64,000 nt of DNA from Candidatus Latescibacterota bacterium (GCA_965203175.1 OZ241867.1:5376001-5440000); one strand, 5' to 3'; shown: positions 1-9,782, numbered from the stretch's first letter. Notes: a model not told the origin generated them from the letters alone. A program made the numbers and translations.

Positions 1-1424
1 CAATACATCGAATCGAGCCGCGTGGCCTGTTCGTATTTCAGCAGCGCCAAATCGTAGCGGCCTTGTTGCAGGTAGGCATTGCCTAGGTCGTTATGCGTGG
101 CGGCCTTGCCCCGCCCATCCATCGGCGGCAGATCCCAATTCACCAACAGCACCAAGAGAGCGAAAACAGCCGTCGGCAAAAGCGCTTGGCGCAAGGGTCG
201 TTGTCGCCACAGCCAGTTCCCCCCGTACGCAGCGAATAGAATCAGCAGCGGCACAATCGGCAGGCGATAGCGCGCCGCGACAAAAAAGGAAATTACCGCG
301 AAGCTATAGCCGAGGACGAAAAGTACCGGCAGCACAAAGCCTTGCCTCCGGATGTACACTATCAGACCCAGCAGCGCGAGAGGGCTTACCAAACCAAAGG
401 GAAAAGCCACCCCCCATTTCCACAAGGTACCCGCGAGAACGCTTGAATACTTGCGCCAATAGTACATTTCCTGATTGCGCTCTATTTCATCGCCGCGCCA
501 AAATTGGGCAGTTTTTGCCGCCAGCAATCCCATGTAATCGAGAGGCGCATTCTGTATGTACTCAAGAGCCTGCCTGTAAAAGAACAGGGACTTGCCCGAA
601 GGGTGCGTGATTCCTTCCCGCAGAGGCAGAGCAACCAGCTCCTCCCACTCCCATCCCGGGCGCAAAGCGAGCGTCTGCTCGGCGTTTGCGTTGTTCCCTA
701 TGTAGAAATTCACCCCGCCGTTATAGGAGATCGGCACAAAGTCCCCACCGATGGTGTAATTTCTCAGCGTTACCGGCGCAATCGCCAGCACCGCTCCCAG
801 TAGAAAAGCAACGACTGCCGGAGCGGCGTTTTTCCGCAACCAATAGAACAGCCAGATGGCCACGCCCGGAATCAAGGCCGCGAGAATCGCCGCGGTAAGC
901 GATGCCAGCCCCAGCGCAAAACCCGCAGCCGTAAAAATGGATTTCGTCGACCGCTCGACCGCGCGCATTAACAGCAAGAGACTGACAAGGGTAAAAAAGG
1001 TGGCTAACCCAGCCGGCAATAGCCGGGCATCAAAATAGATCAGCGGCCCGTACATCGCCGCAATGAGGCCGCCGATAAAACCGACACCTGGGCCAAAAAG
1101 TCGCCGCCCGACCAAGTACAGCAACGCACAGGTAACGCTGCCAATTAGCACCTGCACAAAGCGGGATACGTAGTAAAAGGATTCTGGGAATGCGAGCTTG
1201 ATTACGCCTATAAAATAAGGATAGAGCGGGGGTTGCCAGAACGGGCCTTGGCCACGTCCCAACCAATTGCCTGAGGCTAGACTGGCCGCCTGTTCGGAAT
1301 ATGTAGCCGCGTCCACCGCCGGCATAGTAAAAAGAGGACTCGCCGACATCTGGAACGCATGCACCAAACGCAGACTCAGCGCCAGTACAAAGACGATCCC
1401 TCCCCAATGCCAGAGTCGCCTCAT
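1..1424 (-). CDS. GT-C fold (ArnT/PMT-like, GT39/GT83-like) membrane glycosyltransferase with C-terminal TPR repeats; runs off the window edge
   Basis: Absent from the ORF track because it has no stop in the window. Manual translation from ATG 1424 gives MRRLWHWGGIVFVLALSLRLVHAFQ...AVDAATYSEQA...PFWQPPLYPYFIG, several TM helices and 'VTLRNYTIGGDFVPISYNGGVNFYIGNN'. Near base 1 it reads TPR-like 'HNDLGNAYLQQGRYDLALLKYEQATRLD'. Confidence 0.8.
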   Translation of the reverse strand, partial: MRRLWHWGGIVFVLALSLRLVHAFQMSASPLFTMPAVDAATYSEQAASLASGNWLGRGQGPFWQPPLYPYFIGVIKLAFPESFYYVSRFVQVLIGSVTCALLYLVGRRLFGPGVGFIGGLIAAMYGPLIYFDARLLPAGLATFFTLVSLLLLMRAVERSTKSIFTAAGFALGLASLTAAILAALIPGVAIWLFYWLRKNAAPAVVAFLLGAVLAIAPVTLRNYTIGGDFVPISYNGGVNFYIGNNANAEQTLALRPGWEWEELVALPLREGITHPSGKSLFFYRQALEYIQNAPLDYMGLLAAKTAQFWRGDEIERNQEMYYWRKYSSVLAGTLWKWGVAFPFGLVSPLALLGLIVYIRRQGFVLPVLFVLGYSFAVISFFVAARYRLPIVPLLILFAAYGGNWLWRQRPLRQALLPTAVFALLVLLVNWDLPPMDGRGKAATHNDLGNAYLQQGRYDLALLKYEQATRLDSMY

Positions 1425-1445
1425 AGGACTCTCAGTTCGACCGTT

Positions 1446-2540
1446 TTAGCGGACGATCACGTCCCACACCTTCGACATCCGCGCCTTCCCCTCGGGGCCT
1501 TCGACGTAGAGCGTGACTGTATAGGTCGTCCCAGGCTCTGCGTACTGGTGGATGGGGTGTTGCTCGGTCGAGGTGTTGCCATCGCCGAAATCCCAACGCC
1601 ATGAGCGGATATCCCCGTAGGACAAATCCTTGAAAGCGACCAAGCGGCGTTCCATATCGAGGACGGTAAATTCCCATTGCGCCTCGACCGGGTCGCGCAA
1701 GGCTTTCTCCAGCGGCATCAGCCGGAAGCCGACCAGTTCGGAGGCGTTGCCGAACATGGTCGTCTTGTGGGATAGGTTCCAAAAGCCCTCAAACTCCTGC
1801 TGTTTGACCTCCACATCATCGTAGTCGAGGATGCACCAACTCAGGCCGATCAAGGCACCCTCTTCGAGCTTCGACTCTACGGCGCGCTCCGGTCCATCGG
1901 CGGGGGCGTAATCGAAAGGGGTGATCCAGAATTCGAGCGTGTAGTGCCCGCTGTCGCCAGGCGCAAAATCGTAGTGCGCCGCCGCATTGGCCCAAGGCAG
2001 CTCGTAAATCCACTGATTGGCACCCCAGACCATAGTCCAGGGCTTGCCGTCAGCCGGGGTCAGGACGTGGTAGTTCTGGGCGTGGACGCCGTGGAATTTG
2101 AAGTGGCCGTCGAGGCCCTCTAGCCCGTTGGTATCCTTGTCCTCGCGCAGTTGGGGGATCAAAGGACCGCCGGACAAATCGCCATCGACGACGATCTCCA
2201 AAATATCGTTGTGCAGATCGCGGTGGCTGAAATCCCAATAGTCGTCATAGGCTTCGTAGAGGAAGTAGAGCCGGTTTAGTCCCTTGACCCAGCCAACGCG
2301 CATGGTGACATCTAGATCGGTAGTATCGATCGGACTGTCGTGTACGGTGTCTTTCAACTGATCGATGCCGATGGCGTAGTCAGCAGGAACCATGCCCCAA
2401 TCGGATACATCTCCATCGACGCGAGGAATCTGATCGGCGGGGAACTGAAAAATTTTGAAGGTGGTATCCGGCCGTTCCAGTGCGGAGGCGGACAGTGCCC
2501 ACAGCACGCCAACGGTTAGGATCGCGCTGCACTTTTGCAT
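1446..2540 (-). CDS. Secreted protein: CBM9/DOMON-like N-terminal domain plus C-terminal PKD domain
   Basis: Start moved to ATG 2540 (GGAGG upstream, signal peptide MQKCSAILTVGVLWALSASA). 'PRVDGDVSDW' and 'GWVKGLNRLYF' are CBM9-like. PKD motif 'SWRWDFGDGNTSTEQHPIHQYAEPG'. Confidence 0.75.
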   Translation of the reverse strand: MQKCSAILTVGVLWALSASALERPDTTFKIFQFPADQIPRVDGDVSDWGMVPADYAIGIDQLKDTVHDSPIDTTDLDVTMRVGWVKGLNRLYFLYEAYDDYWDFSHRDLHNDILEIVVDGDLSGGPLIPQLREDKDTNGLEGLDGHFKFHGVHAQNYHVLTPADGKPWTMVWGANQWIYELPWANAAAHYDFAPGDSGHYTLEFWITPFDYAPADGPERAVESKLEEGALIGLSWCILDYDDVEVKQQEFEGFWNLSHKTTMFGNASELVGFRLMPLEKALRDPVEAQWEFTVLDMERRLVAFKDLSYGDIRSWRWDFGDGNTSTEQHPIHQYAEPGTTYTVTLYVEGPEGKARMSKVWDVIVR

Positions 2541-2556
2541 GTGCCGGTTCCTCCGG

Positions 2557-3708
2557 TCAAATCCGGTTGTCATCGATATAATCCCAGTTATAGGCCATCC
2601 CCAACCCCGGTTCCTGCGATACGAGTACGCACCCTTCATCGTCCAAGGGATCGACAATCTGATCGAGATGCGGCGGGCTCTCGTCGTAATCGCGCCCAAG
2701 CCGCAGGAGACCACGCTCGTAATAGCGGCAGGTGGCCTCGGGGGCAGCCGCGGCCAAATGCACGTGCGGGGCACCAACCCCGTGTATTTCGCACTGCACG
2801 CCGTAGAGCTGGCACAAATTGATGAGCTTCCAGCAGCCAGTGATGCCGCCGTAGTTCACATCAATGCGCAGCATGTCGCAGCCCCCCTGCAACAGCCACT
2901 CGGCCCGCGCAAAGGGACCGCCCTTGACGTGTTCGGGGGAACAGATGGCAATGGAGGTCTGCTGCGTCAAGCGGCGATAGGCCTCCACCCGCGTCTCGAC
3001 CATCGGGTGTTCCAACCAGTAGTAGTTCAACTCTTCTAATTCCCGCGCCACCCACAGCGATTCCTCCAAGGTATAGACGCCGAACGGATCGAGCATCAGC
3101 ACAATATCGTCGCCCACGGCCTCGCGCACGGCGCGACAAATCTCCACATCCTCCTTGGGAAATCCCGGCAGTTGCGGCGCTGGCTCCCGCGTGTGCGGAT
3201 TCCAGCAGATGTTGGCGTGTACTTTGAAGGCTTTATAACCGCGCGCTACGCACTCTCGCGCCAGTTCTTGATACACCTCGGGGCCACCCAAGTTCGGGTA
3301 CGTGCTGGCGTATGCTTCGACCTTGTCGCGGGTGCCGCCCAAAAGTTGGTACACGGGTATACCAGCTTTTTGCCCAGCCAGATCCCACAGCGCGCAATCG
3401 ACAATGCCGAGTTCGTGTTCGGCGAGGCTGTGGCTAAACGTGGACATTTGATCCATCCAATGCCATAACTTCTCGCGGTTGAGGGGGTCCTCGCCAACTA
3501 GGAGGTTTTTGATGGCACCTTCCATAGTCGCTTTGTTGCCGCCCAGCATGTGTCCTGTGACGCCCTCGTCGGTGGAGATTCTAGTGATCGCACTAGTGCC
3601 TTCCACTTCCTCGTCATCAATCCACACGCCATAGCCCCAGCGCGAGCTAGCACTCCGGCCGCGGTGTTTGGTGCGAAAATGAATGACTTCGACATCGGTG
3701 ATTTTCAC
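2557..3708 (-). CDS. Mandelate racemase/muconate lactonizing enzyme family (enolase superfamily), substrate unknown
   Basis: 'VDCALWDLAGQKAGIPVYQLLGG', KAFKVH, acidic metal ligands in 'MLDP', 'WLEHP', 'SPEH', and C-terminal 'PGLGM'. GTG start with AAGGAGG RBS. Confidence 0.88.
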   Translation of the reverse strand: MKITDVEVIHFRTKHRGRSASSRWGYGVWIDDEEVEGTSAITRISTDEGVTGHMLGGNKATMEGAIKNLLVGEDPLNREKLWHWMDQMSTFSHSLAEHELGIVDCALWDLAGQKAGIPVYQLLGGTRDKVEAYASTYPNLGGPEVYQELARECVARGYKAFKVHANICWNPHTREPAPQLPGFPKEDVEICRAVREAVGDDIVLMLDPFGVYTLEESLWVARELEELNYYWLEHPMVETRVEAYRRLTQQTSIAICSPEHVKGGPFARAEWLLQGGCDMLRIDVNYGGITGCWKLINLCQLYGVQCEIHGVGAPHVHLAAAAPEATCRYYERGLLRLGRDYDESPPHLDQIVDPLDDEGCVLVSQEPGLGMAYNWDYIDDNRI

Positions 3709-3950
3709 GATTTGTCCTCCTTAATTTTTTGATCAAATTTATGCCACATTTCTTTCCGAACTTCGGCTATGTCCTGAGAGGTTATTGGCTGCGCCTGCTC
3801 CCACAATCCTTCAGGATTAAAGAGCTTGTCTTGACCGGAGCCAGACGAACTTGGTATGTCTGCCATAAGAACGAGTTTAACAGCCAAACCGCTTTCCTCG
3901 ATGATAACCACTTCCTCGCCATTGGCCACTTCTTTGACCAGTGCCGCAAG
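3705..3950 (-). pseudogene. 5'-truncated Phd/YefM-like antitoxin
   Basis: The frame upstream of the GTG at 3929 reads 'LAALVKEVANGEEVVIIEESGLAVKLV', a Phd/YefM DNA-binding pattern. The natural N-terminus is replaced by restriction-gene sequence and no cognate toxin follows. Confidence 0.6.
3733..3779. repeat. Imperfect direct repeat, copy 1 (partner 5101-5147)
   Basis: TCAAATTTATGCCACATTTCTTTCCGAACTTCGGCTATGTCCTGAGA versus TCAAATTTACGCCACATTTCTTTTTTAACTTCATCTATGTCCTGCGA, 40/47 identical by manual alignment. Confidence 0.8.
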
Positions 3951-4252
3951 ACAGCTATCGGCACCCCAGCGTGAAAAGCATATTCAAATAGCTGTCTCTC
4001 TGCCCCATCACTCTGCCCCACTTGCTTAACCTCAATAAAAACCATCGGCTTTAATGCAGGATGGCATGGAGCGAAATCTACCCTTCCGCCCGGCACCGGG
4101 TATTCAGGAATGACAATTTGTGGATTAAACTGTGGCCAATCCAGGGCGTCAAGTAGGCGACGCACGATGCCCTGTGAAACTAATGCCTCACTTGTAAACT
4201 GCTTTCTTCTTAAAGCGTCGCGTATGTCGTCAATGTGCTCCTTGAGTTCCAT
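3947..4252 (-). pseudogene. 3'-truncated PD-(D/E)xK nuclease, type I restriction HsdR N-terminal-like
   Basis: ATG 4252 with AAGGAG RBS. 'EALVSQGIVRRLLDALDW...IPEYPV..GRVDF...VFIEVK...AERQLFEYAFHAGVPIAVL' stops resembling the family just before the usual 'TDG..W' motif and continues out of frame in antitoxin DNA. Confidence 0.7.
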
Positions 4253-4326
4253 TACCCATATCTCCTTTTCCCAATTGTAGTGCGATAGCACTGATTGTCG
4301 AAGTTGAACAGAATGTTGTAAACTGT

Positions 4327-4815
4327 TTAGGCTTTATCAGCCAATTCTAAAACTCTTCGTTTTAAGTCTTCGGACAACCACATTCCAGCATTTTCAAGAT
4401 CATTGAGAAAGGGGGCCACAGATGTGATCATATTTTTTTGCTTGGCAGAAGCCAATAGACCAACAGTGCCAACAACTCGGAGACCACATATTTCGGCCTG
4501 ATGTCTGGCGTTTAGATCATCCAAAATCACCCAGTCAGCATGACCGTCAAGCGCAAGAAGAATTACTTCTCGCTCACCAGCCCCAAGTGAGTCCACTGCT
4601 TCTGATACAGATCGGAGTTCTATTTGCTGAATCTCAATCCAAGGATAATCGGTAAGATCGGGGACACTGACACCTTGTGCCCTTCCCCTTGCCAACTCTG
4701 TGACCACAGCTTCAGGCACGAGTACCCTATCAAATTGGCAGCGGAGCAAAGTCAGTTGGTCTATTCGGTAAAGGTAGAGTAATGGGGATGTATCGACGCT
4801 ACAGATCTTTGGCAC
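4327..4815 (-). CDS. PIN-like nucleic-acid-binding protein, DUF3368 family (putative toxin)
   Basis: 'VDTSPLLYL', 'VLVPEAVVTEL', 'LGAGEREVILLA', 'VILDDLNAR', 'VVGTVGLL'. Overlaps the upstream UPF0175 gene. Confidence 0.82.
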   Translation of the reverse strand: MPKICSVDTSPLLYLYRIDQLTLLRCQFDRVLVPEAVVTELARGRAQGVSVPDLTDYPWIEIQQIELRSVSEAVDSLGAGEREVILLALDGHADWVILDDLNARHQAEICGLRVVGTVGLLASAKQKNMITSVAPFLNDLENAGMWLSEDLKRRVLELADKA

Positions 4816-5059
4816 GGAAAAAGTCCTTTGCCAATTCTTCAGGGGACAGATTGATGGCCGATACTTGGTAGGACTTCAAGGCATCTAAAAACACGACGCG
4901 ATCCATATCTGCAAACCGAGCAGCTTGCCCAGAAGACAGACGTCCGAGTTCAAATAGTTTGATGGCTATCAGTAGCCGTCCTTTTTCGGCGAAGCGTTCA
5001 GGCGTTTCGCTAAGGGTTTGCAGTATGTCATCTGGACATTCAAATGTAATTTTAGACAT
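4799..5059 (-). CDS. UPF0175 family HTH protein (putative antitoxin)
   Basis: 'AIKLFELGRLSSGQAARFADMDRVVFLDALKSYQV'. GGAGG RBS. Typical pairing with DUF3368. Confidence 0.85.
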   Translation of the reverse strand: MSKITFECPDDILQTLSETPERFAEKGRLLIAIKLFELGRLSSGQAARFADMDRVVFLDALKSYQVSAINLSPEELAKDFFRAKDL

Positions 5060-5100
5060 TGTGTACTCCTCCTGAAAAATCGCTTTCGGCTTCTACGATC

Positions 5101-5147
5101 TCAAATTTACGCCACATTTCTTTTTTAACTTCATCTATGTCCTGCGA
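5101..5147. repeat. Imperfect direct repeat, copy 2; remnant 3' end of a paralogous antitoxin-like gene
   Basis: Minus-strand translation SQDIDEVKKEMWRKFE versus SQDIAEVRKEMWHKFD in copy 1. Confidence 0.78.
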
Positions 5148-5174
5148 TAATAGTGATAACGTACACAGCTCTGC

Positions 5175-6881
5175 CTATTGGGGCAATAACGTCTTGATGT
5201 TGTCTTCATATACGACGATCCTATCTCCGTAGTCCCGCCGCAGCCCCATCAAAAACGCATCCGCCAAGCGGCTCTCCTCGGCGCGTTTCAATAGCGCCCG
5301 CGCCCGCTTCGCCGCCGTATCAAAAGGCTCGGGAGCACTGCCAAAATTCGACTTCAGCACCTTGAACATCGAGTAGTACTCGCCGCCCCGAGGCATGGTC
5401 TCCGGCCCGACCACTTGGGCGGCCTGTGCCGTCACCGCTAGCGGGCCGTACAACCGGCCGACCTCGGCGCTGCGCACGACGTCGATCAATTCTGGATAAA
5501 AGGACTGTTCAAAGGCGTGGATGTGAAATGTGCCCTGCGCGCCCTTGCCTGCCGTCCGCAAGGTGTATTCGTCGGCGAGTGCACCCATATCCTCCTCCGC
5601 CTCGATTCTCGCCTTAATCTCCACGGCCTCCTCCCAAGTTTGCACCATGATCTCCTGCAGCGTGACCTCCTCCGGTGCGGTGAATAACTCGGGCCGCTCG
5701 TCGTATAATTTCCTAACCGCCTCCGGCTCGATCTCGACTTGGTCCTTGACCGCCGTCTGCCTAAGTGCCAACAGCAACAATGCGTCTTTGCGGCGCTCAT
5801 ACCAGCGCACGATCTGCTCTTCGCGGTCAATCCCCCTTTCATAGGCCACGTGCAGGAATAAGGTACGGGGCAGCAACACGTCCTCGGCAAACCACCGCAC
5901 CGACTCGACAATGTCACCTGAAAAACCCATCTTCAACTCTGCGGCGTAATCCCAGAAATCGCCCACCGTGACACTACCTTCGCGAAATTGAAAGAGTACC
6001 GCTGCGCGCTCTGCCTCGGTGTACTCTCTGCGCCCTGCCGCGACCCATTGCTGTAGCTGCTGCAAGGTCTCGTCATCGGCCTGCAAGTCGATGTCGGCCC
6101 GCAGTTGCGCCAAGAATGTCTCTATCAGTTCGGTCGTCTTTTCCTCTCGCAGCTTGGCTTCCAACTCGTTGCTCGCGGTGGCAAAACTCACGGGCCGGGC
6201 GTGCATGACTTGATAGATCCCGAACTGGCCATTGGGCAGGCGGATCGGCTCGGAGTACTCGCCGACCGCAAGCGCGTTTATGTATTCTTGCAAATAGACC
6301 GGGATGCGTTTGGGAGGCAGATAGCCGTCCAGTTCCCCACCTTGTGGTGCCGTCGATTTGTGCTGCGATCGGCTGTGCGCCAGTTCGGCGAAATCCCGGC
6401 CGGCGGCAAGGCTTTGCCCGATCTCCTCGGCTTCTGCCTGGGTGTCGACGATGATCAGGCGCAGCTTGACCTCGCGCTCCTTGTCCGCGGCTTCGTAAGC
6501 CGCCCGCAACTCCTGCTCATCGACGTGGACCTTGGCGAGAAATTCGCGCTCGAACAACAAGCTCAACACCCGTTCGGCTTTTTCCTTCCGTAGCTTCTGC
6601 GCCACCTCCGGCACCTCGTCGAGTCCCCTTTTGATCGCTTCTTGGAGGAAAATCTCTTTGTCGATGACTGTCTGTAAGTAATCGCGGTAGCCGTCTAAGC
6701 CTGACTTCTTCGTCTTTAGCTGCGCCGGCAAGCGCTGTTCAAAGTCGATCAGTTGAGAAGCCGTTATCCGGCGGTCTCCCACTTCGGCCAAAACGGGATC
6801 TTCTAGTTCCTCGGCATCTTTTGCACAACCCATAAGTGCTAGGAAAACTCCACTGCAAACCAAGGACAGGTGCGCTTTCAT
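5175..6881 (-). CDS. Parvulin-type peptidyl-prolyl isomerase/chaperone lipoprotein (SurA/PrsA-like, duplicated unit)
   Basis: Likely start ATG 6881 (MKAHLSLVCSGVFLALMGC, lipobox). Two rotamase-like segments: 'VKLRLIIV...DFAELAHSRS...QGGELDGY' and 'VTLQEIMV...DMGALADEYT'. Confidence 0.82.
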   Translation of the reverse strand: MKAHLSLVCSGVFLALMGCAKDAEELEDPVLAEVGDRRITASQLIDFEQRLPAQLKTKKSGLDGYRDYLQTVIDKEIFLQEAIKRGLDEVPEVAQKLRKEKAERVLSLLFEREFLAKVHVDEQELRAAYEAADKEREVKLRLIIVDTQAEAEEIGQSLAAGRDFAELAHSRSQHKSTAPQGGELDGYLPPKRIPVYLQEYINALAVGEYSEPIRLPNGQFGIYQVMHARPVSFATASNELEAKLREEKTTELIETFLAQLRADIDLQADDETLQQLQQWVAAGRREYTEAERAAVLFQFREGSVTVGDFWDYAAELKMGFSGDIVESVRWFAEDVLLPRTLFLHVAYERGIDREEQIVRWYERRKDALLLLALRQTAVKDQVEIEPEAVRKLYDERPELFTAPEEVTLQEIMVQTWEEAVEIKARIEAEEDMGALADEYTLRTAGKGAQGTFHIHAFEQSFYPELIDVVRSAEVGRLYGPLAVTAQAAQVVGPETMPRGGEYYSMFKVLKSNFGSAPEPFDTAAKRARALLKRAEESRLADAFLMGLRRDYGDRIVVYEDNIKTLLPQ

Positions 6882-6947
6882 AGACTTAGTAAACTCACAA
6901 TTTTTTGGGTGGAATGGATTAAACTGCGGTGCGGCGACCAACAGGCG

Positions 6948-9782
6948 CTAGCGGACGCTGCCATATACCGTCACGAAGGAGAGGGCGCCCGTCTCCCGAG
7001 CGCTCGGCTGTTCAAAGCGCTCTAGGTAACGTCTGCTCACCCTTATCCCCATCAGGGTTTGCAGGGAATAGCCCAGATACGGCTTGTCGATGGAAAATTG
7101 CACGGCGAGCGAAGTTTCGTTGAAATCCCCGGTCGTATCCCCGACGCGTAAACCAGCAGTGGCCGTCTCGTCCTGGATAAAATCGCGGAAGATCAGGTGC
7201 TCAATGCCCAACTGCAGCGACACGTGGTTCAAAAAGGAACGCCGCAGCAAGAGCGAGGAGATCCCGCTCCAGTCTTGGCGCTCGGCGGTCGAGGCGCTGG
7301 TTAGGCGGCCGATATTGTAGGGGGTGTCGTCCATGAAGAGTTCGTGCTTGAAGCGCGGTTGCACTGTCAGCCGGCCCAGCGAAAATTGGTAATCTATGCG
7401 GTTGATCAGCCCCAGCCGCCGCGTGTTGCGGGCGATCTCGCGGCCAGCCCGGTCGCGGGCATTGGCGTCGCGCTGCCGAATGAATTCGTGGATGAACTTG
7501 CCTTCGCTATGGATACCCTTGTAGGTCTTGCCAGTGAAGCCAGCCCACAGCCGATTGACTATGGCGTTGCGCATCGCCAGCGGATCCATAACCGGCTGCA
7601 TCGCCCCTGGCGAGTCCAGCGGCCGACCCAGCTCGGGCCGCGCTGTCACCCACTGGACCACGTCGTCGGCGATGTCATCCTGTACCAGCTTAAACATGTT
7701 GTAAAAGGCAACATTTCCCATCGTCGAGAAATTGCGCTCATAGGCCAACAGAGCATAGCGAGTCAGATTCTTTGCGTCGGTGGACAAGCGCTGCACTTGC
7801 TCTTGCCCCACCATCCACTTCAGCTCCGGCGTCAGCCACGCCCCTAAGTAGGCGTTGTACCCGCGCCGGTCGCGCTTATAGGGATAATCCGGCTCGTCGT
7901 CGTTTTCAAAGCGCTCGCCCCAACCATTGTTGTTCAAGTCGATAGCGAAGACGAATTCCGGCCGATCGACGTAGTGACGCAGGAACTGCTCTTCGTAGTC
8001 GGGCATGAAATTGGGGCGCACTGGAGTGTTGTTCTGGTTGAAATCGGAAATAAAGTCGTTGTTTTCGTCGAGACCGGGAAACACCGCTCCGTCAGCTAGC
8101 CCCTCCTTGTCGCGCCGCTGGTCGAGGCGGATGTCGTTGTCGTCGTTGTCATCTACCAAGTCGTAGAGAAACTCCGACCGCGCCTCTTCGTCGTCGCTGT
8201 AATTGATTCGCCCACCCTGATCGACGAGGAACGACGTGGTGTTGTACTCGGCATCCATGCTGAACGCCTCGCCGAACAGGAAGAAGGGGTAGAATTCTCT
8301 GGCGACGTTGACCATCCAACCCGTCGCCGACTCATCCCCCAACACGCCGGACGCGCTGTGGTGCGTCTGCCGAGCGATGTTGGGGTACTGCCGGAACTGG
8401 TGGTTGACATTGTACTCGCCGTACATCCGAAAGCCCGCCCAATCGCTGACCTCGAAGCTAAAGCCGAAGACCTGGGTCGCTGTCGGCAGGCCGTAGTCGA
8501 AAACAACCCACCGCTGATTGGAATTGTCTTGGACATTGCCGTCTGCCCGCACCACGTTTAAAAACTTGGATTGGGCACCCAACGGTTCATTGTCGGTCTG
8601 GACGTCCGAGGTGATATCGATCCGGTAGTCGTTGTTGAGTAGGAAGCGGAACTTCACCGCGGTGATATTGTTGACCAAGTCGGCATCGTCGATGATGTCT
8701 TCCAGCGCCATCACCGCCGGGTCTTCAGAAGAGAAATTGTACCGATAGGTAATCTCGCCCTCGCTGCCAACTCCTTCGGCAACGGGAAAACCATTGCGCG
8801 TGGTGCCACCCTCTATCTGCGGCAGAAAACCAAGCTGGCTGCCGACCAGCACGGTGTCGCGACCGCCGATTTGAGTATGCACCTCAATATCTTGGTTGAA
8901 AACCGTAGGGCCGCCCACGCCGTCCTCGGGTGAGTCGTCTGTTATGCGGACGATGATCCAGTTGATGCGATTTTCTAGTTGGCCGTTAGTCAGCTTGCCC
9001 TTGAAGGGATTGCCGCCGCGGTCGGATTGCGATCGGTCGTTGTGGGCGTTGACAAAGGTCGCGCCCAAGCGCACGGCGTTGAGGACTTTCCACTCGCCCC
9101 TGATGCCCAGCAAGTTGGTAAAGTTCTCGGTGACGATGGGGACGCGCACGCCCGGGGCGATCTGATGCACAGGCAGACTAATCCGCGACATCAGCACCGT
9201 AGCGGCCAAGCGGTCGGCAGCATAGTCAAATTGCACTCCGTTGAACCTAGTTTTGCGGAACGTCATCGGCGTCAGCGTAGTGTTGATCAGGTCGCCGATG
9301 GTCACCCCCAAATAGTGCTGGCCCTTGGTATCGGTGGCGATGAGCAGGTTGCTAAACCACGAGTCGTAGCGCCCGGACGGCTTGAGCAGTCCCGAGCCTC
9401 CCGAGCTGGTCGGCTGCCGCTGCCGCCAGTCGTACACCAGCCAACCCTTGGTCAAATAGCGCCCGTACAGGTCGTAGAAATAGTCGCCTTCCTGCCCGGG
9501 AGAAAAGTAGCGCCGGTAGGGATCCCTAGCGTAATTGGTGTACTCCCACTGCCAGCGGTATTCGGAGACGATTTCCTGCGGCATGTACCAGCGCTTCAAC
9601 GCGGGAACAAACGCCGCCTGCTGCATGAGTGGGCCGGAGGCATAATAGGAAACCCGGTCCTCCTCGTTGGTCCCCAAACGGTTGCCGTAGTCGGGTTGGG
9701 CACTCGCCGGCACCAGCCCGGCCAGCAAGCAAACCGCCGCCCACCGCATGCACGTCCCCATTGTTAGATCGCGTCGCATCAT
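6948..9782 (-). CDS. Large exported hypothetical protein, predicted outer-membrane beta-barrel with Asp/Asn-rich Ca-binding loops (paralog 2)
   Basis: 944 aa with signal peptide (..CLLAGLVPASA-Q), many alternating amphipathic strands, and motifs DDNDDND, DENNDFISDFNQN, DLNNNGWGERFENDDEPDYPY. Colinear similarity to 9779-12571. The CDS is secure; the fold is inferred. Confidence 0.65.
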   Translation of the reverse strand: MMRRDLTMGTCMRWAAVCLLAGLVPASAQPDYGNRLGTNEEDRVSYYASGPLMQQAAFVPALKRWYMPQEIVSEYRWQWEYTNYARDPYRRYFSPGQEGDYFYDLYGRYLTKGWLVYDWRQRQPTSSGGSGLLKPSGRYDSWFSNLLIATDTKGQHYLGVTIGDLINTTLTPMTFRKTRFNGVQFDYAADRLAATVLMSRISLPVHQIAPGVRVPIVTENFTNLLGIRGEWKVLNAVRLGATFVNAHNDRSQSDRGGNPFKGKLTNGQLENRINWIIVRITDDSPEDGVGGPTVFNQDIEVHTQIGGRDTVLVGSQLGFLPQIEGGTTRNGFPVAEGVGSEGEITYRYNFSSEDPAVMALEDIIDDADLVNNITAVKFRFLLNNDYRIDITSDVQTDNEPLGAQSKFLNVVRADGNVQDNSNQRWVVFDYGLPTATQVFGFSFEVSDWAGFRMYGEYNVNHQFRQYPNIARQTHHSASGVLGDESATGWMVNVAREFYPFFLFGEAFSMDAEYNTTSFLVDQGGRINYSDDEEARSEFLYDLVDDNDDNDIRLDQRRDKEGLADGAVFPGLDENNDFISDFNQNNTPVRPNFMPDYEEQFLRHYVDRPEFVFAIDLNNNGWGERFENDDEPDYPYKRDRRGYNAYLGAWLTPELKWMVGQEQVQRLSTDAKNLTRYALLAYERNFSTMGNVAFYNMFKLVQDDIADDVVQWVTARPELGRPLDSPGAMQPVMDPLAMRNAIVNRLWAGFTGKTYKGIHSEGKFIHEFIRQRDANARDRAGREIARNTRRLGLINRIDYQFSLGRLTVQPRFKHELFMDDTPYNIGRLTSASTAERQDWSGISSLLLRRSFLNHVSLQLGIEHLIFRDFIQDETATAGLRVGDTTGDFNETSLAVQFSIDKPYLGYSLQTLMGIRVSRRYLERFEQPSARETGALSFVTVYGSVR

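Noticed and set aside
2541-2777. N-terminal extensions in the ORF track (also 19495-19569, 22721-22837, 43177-43260, 44522-44611, 61127-61228)
   Set aside because: They overlap neighbouring genes or hairpins. Downstream starts have better RBS, signal peptides or stop-start coupling.
4121-6930. Shared 12-mer TGGATTAAACTG at about 4121 and about 6915
   Set aside because: Too short, with no extension of similarity; compatible with chance.
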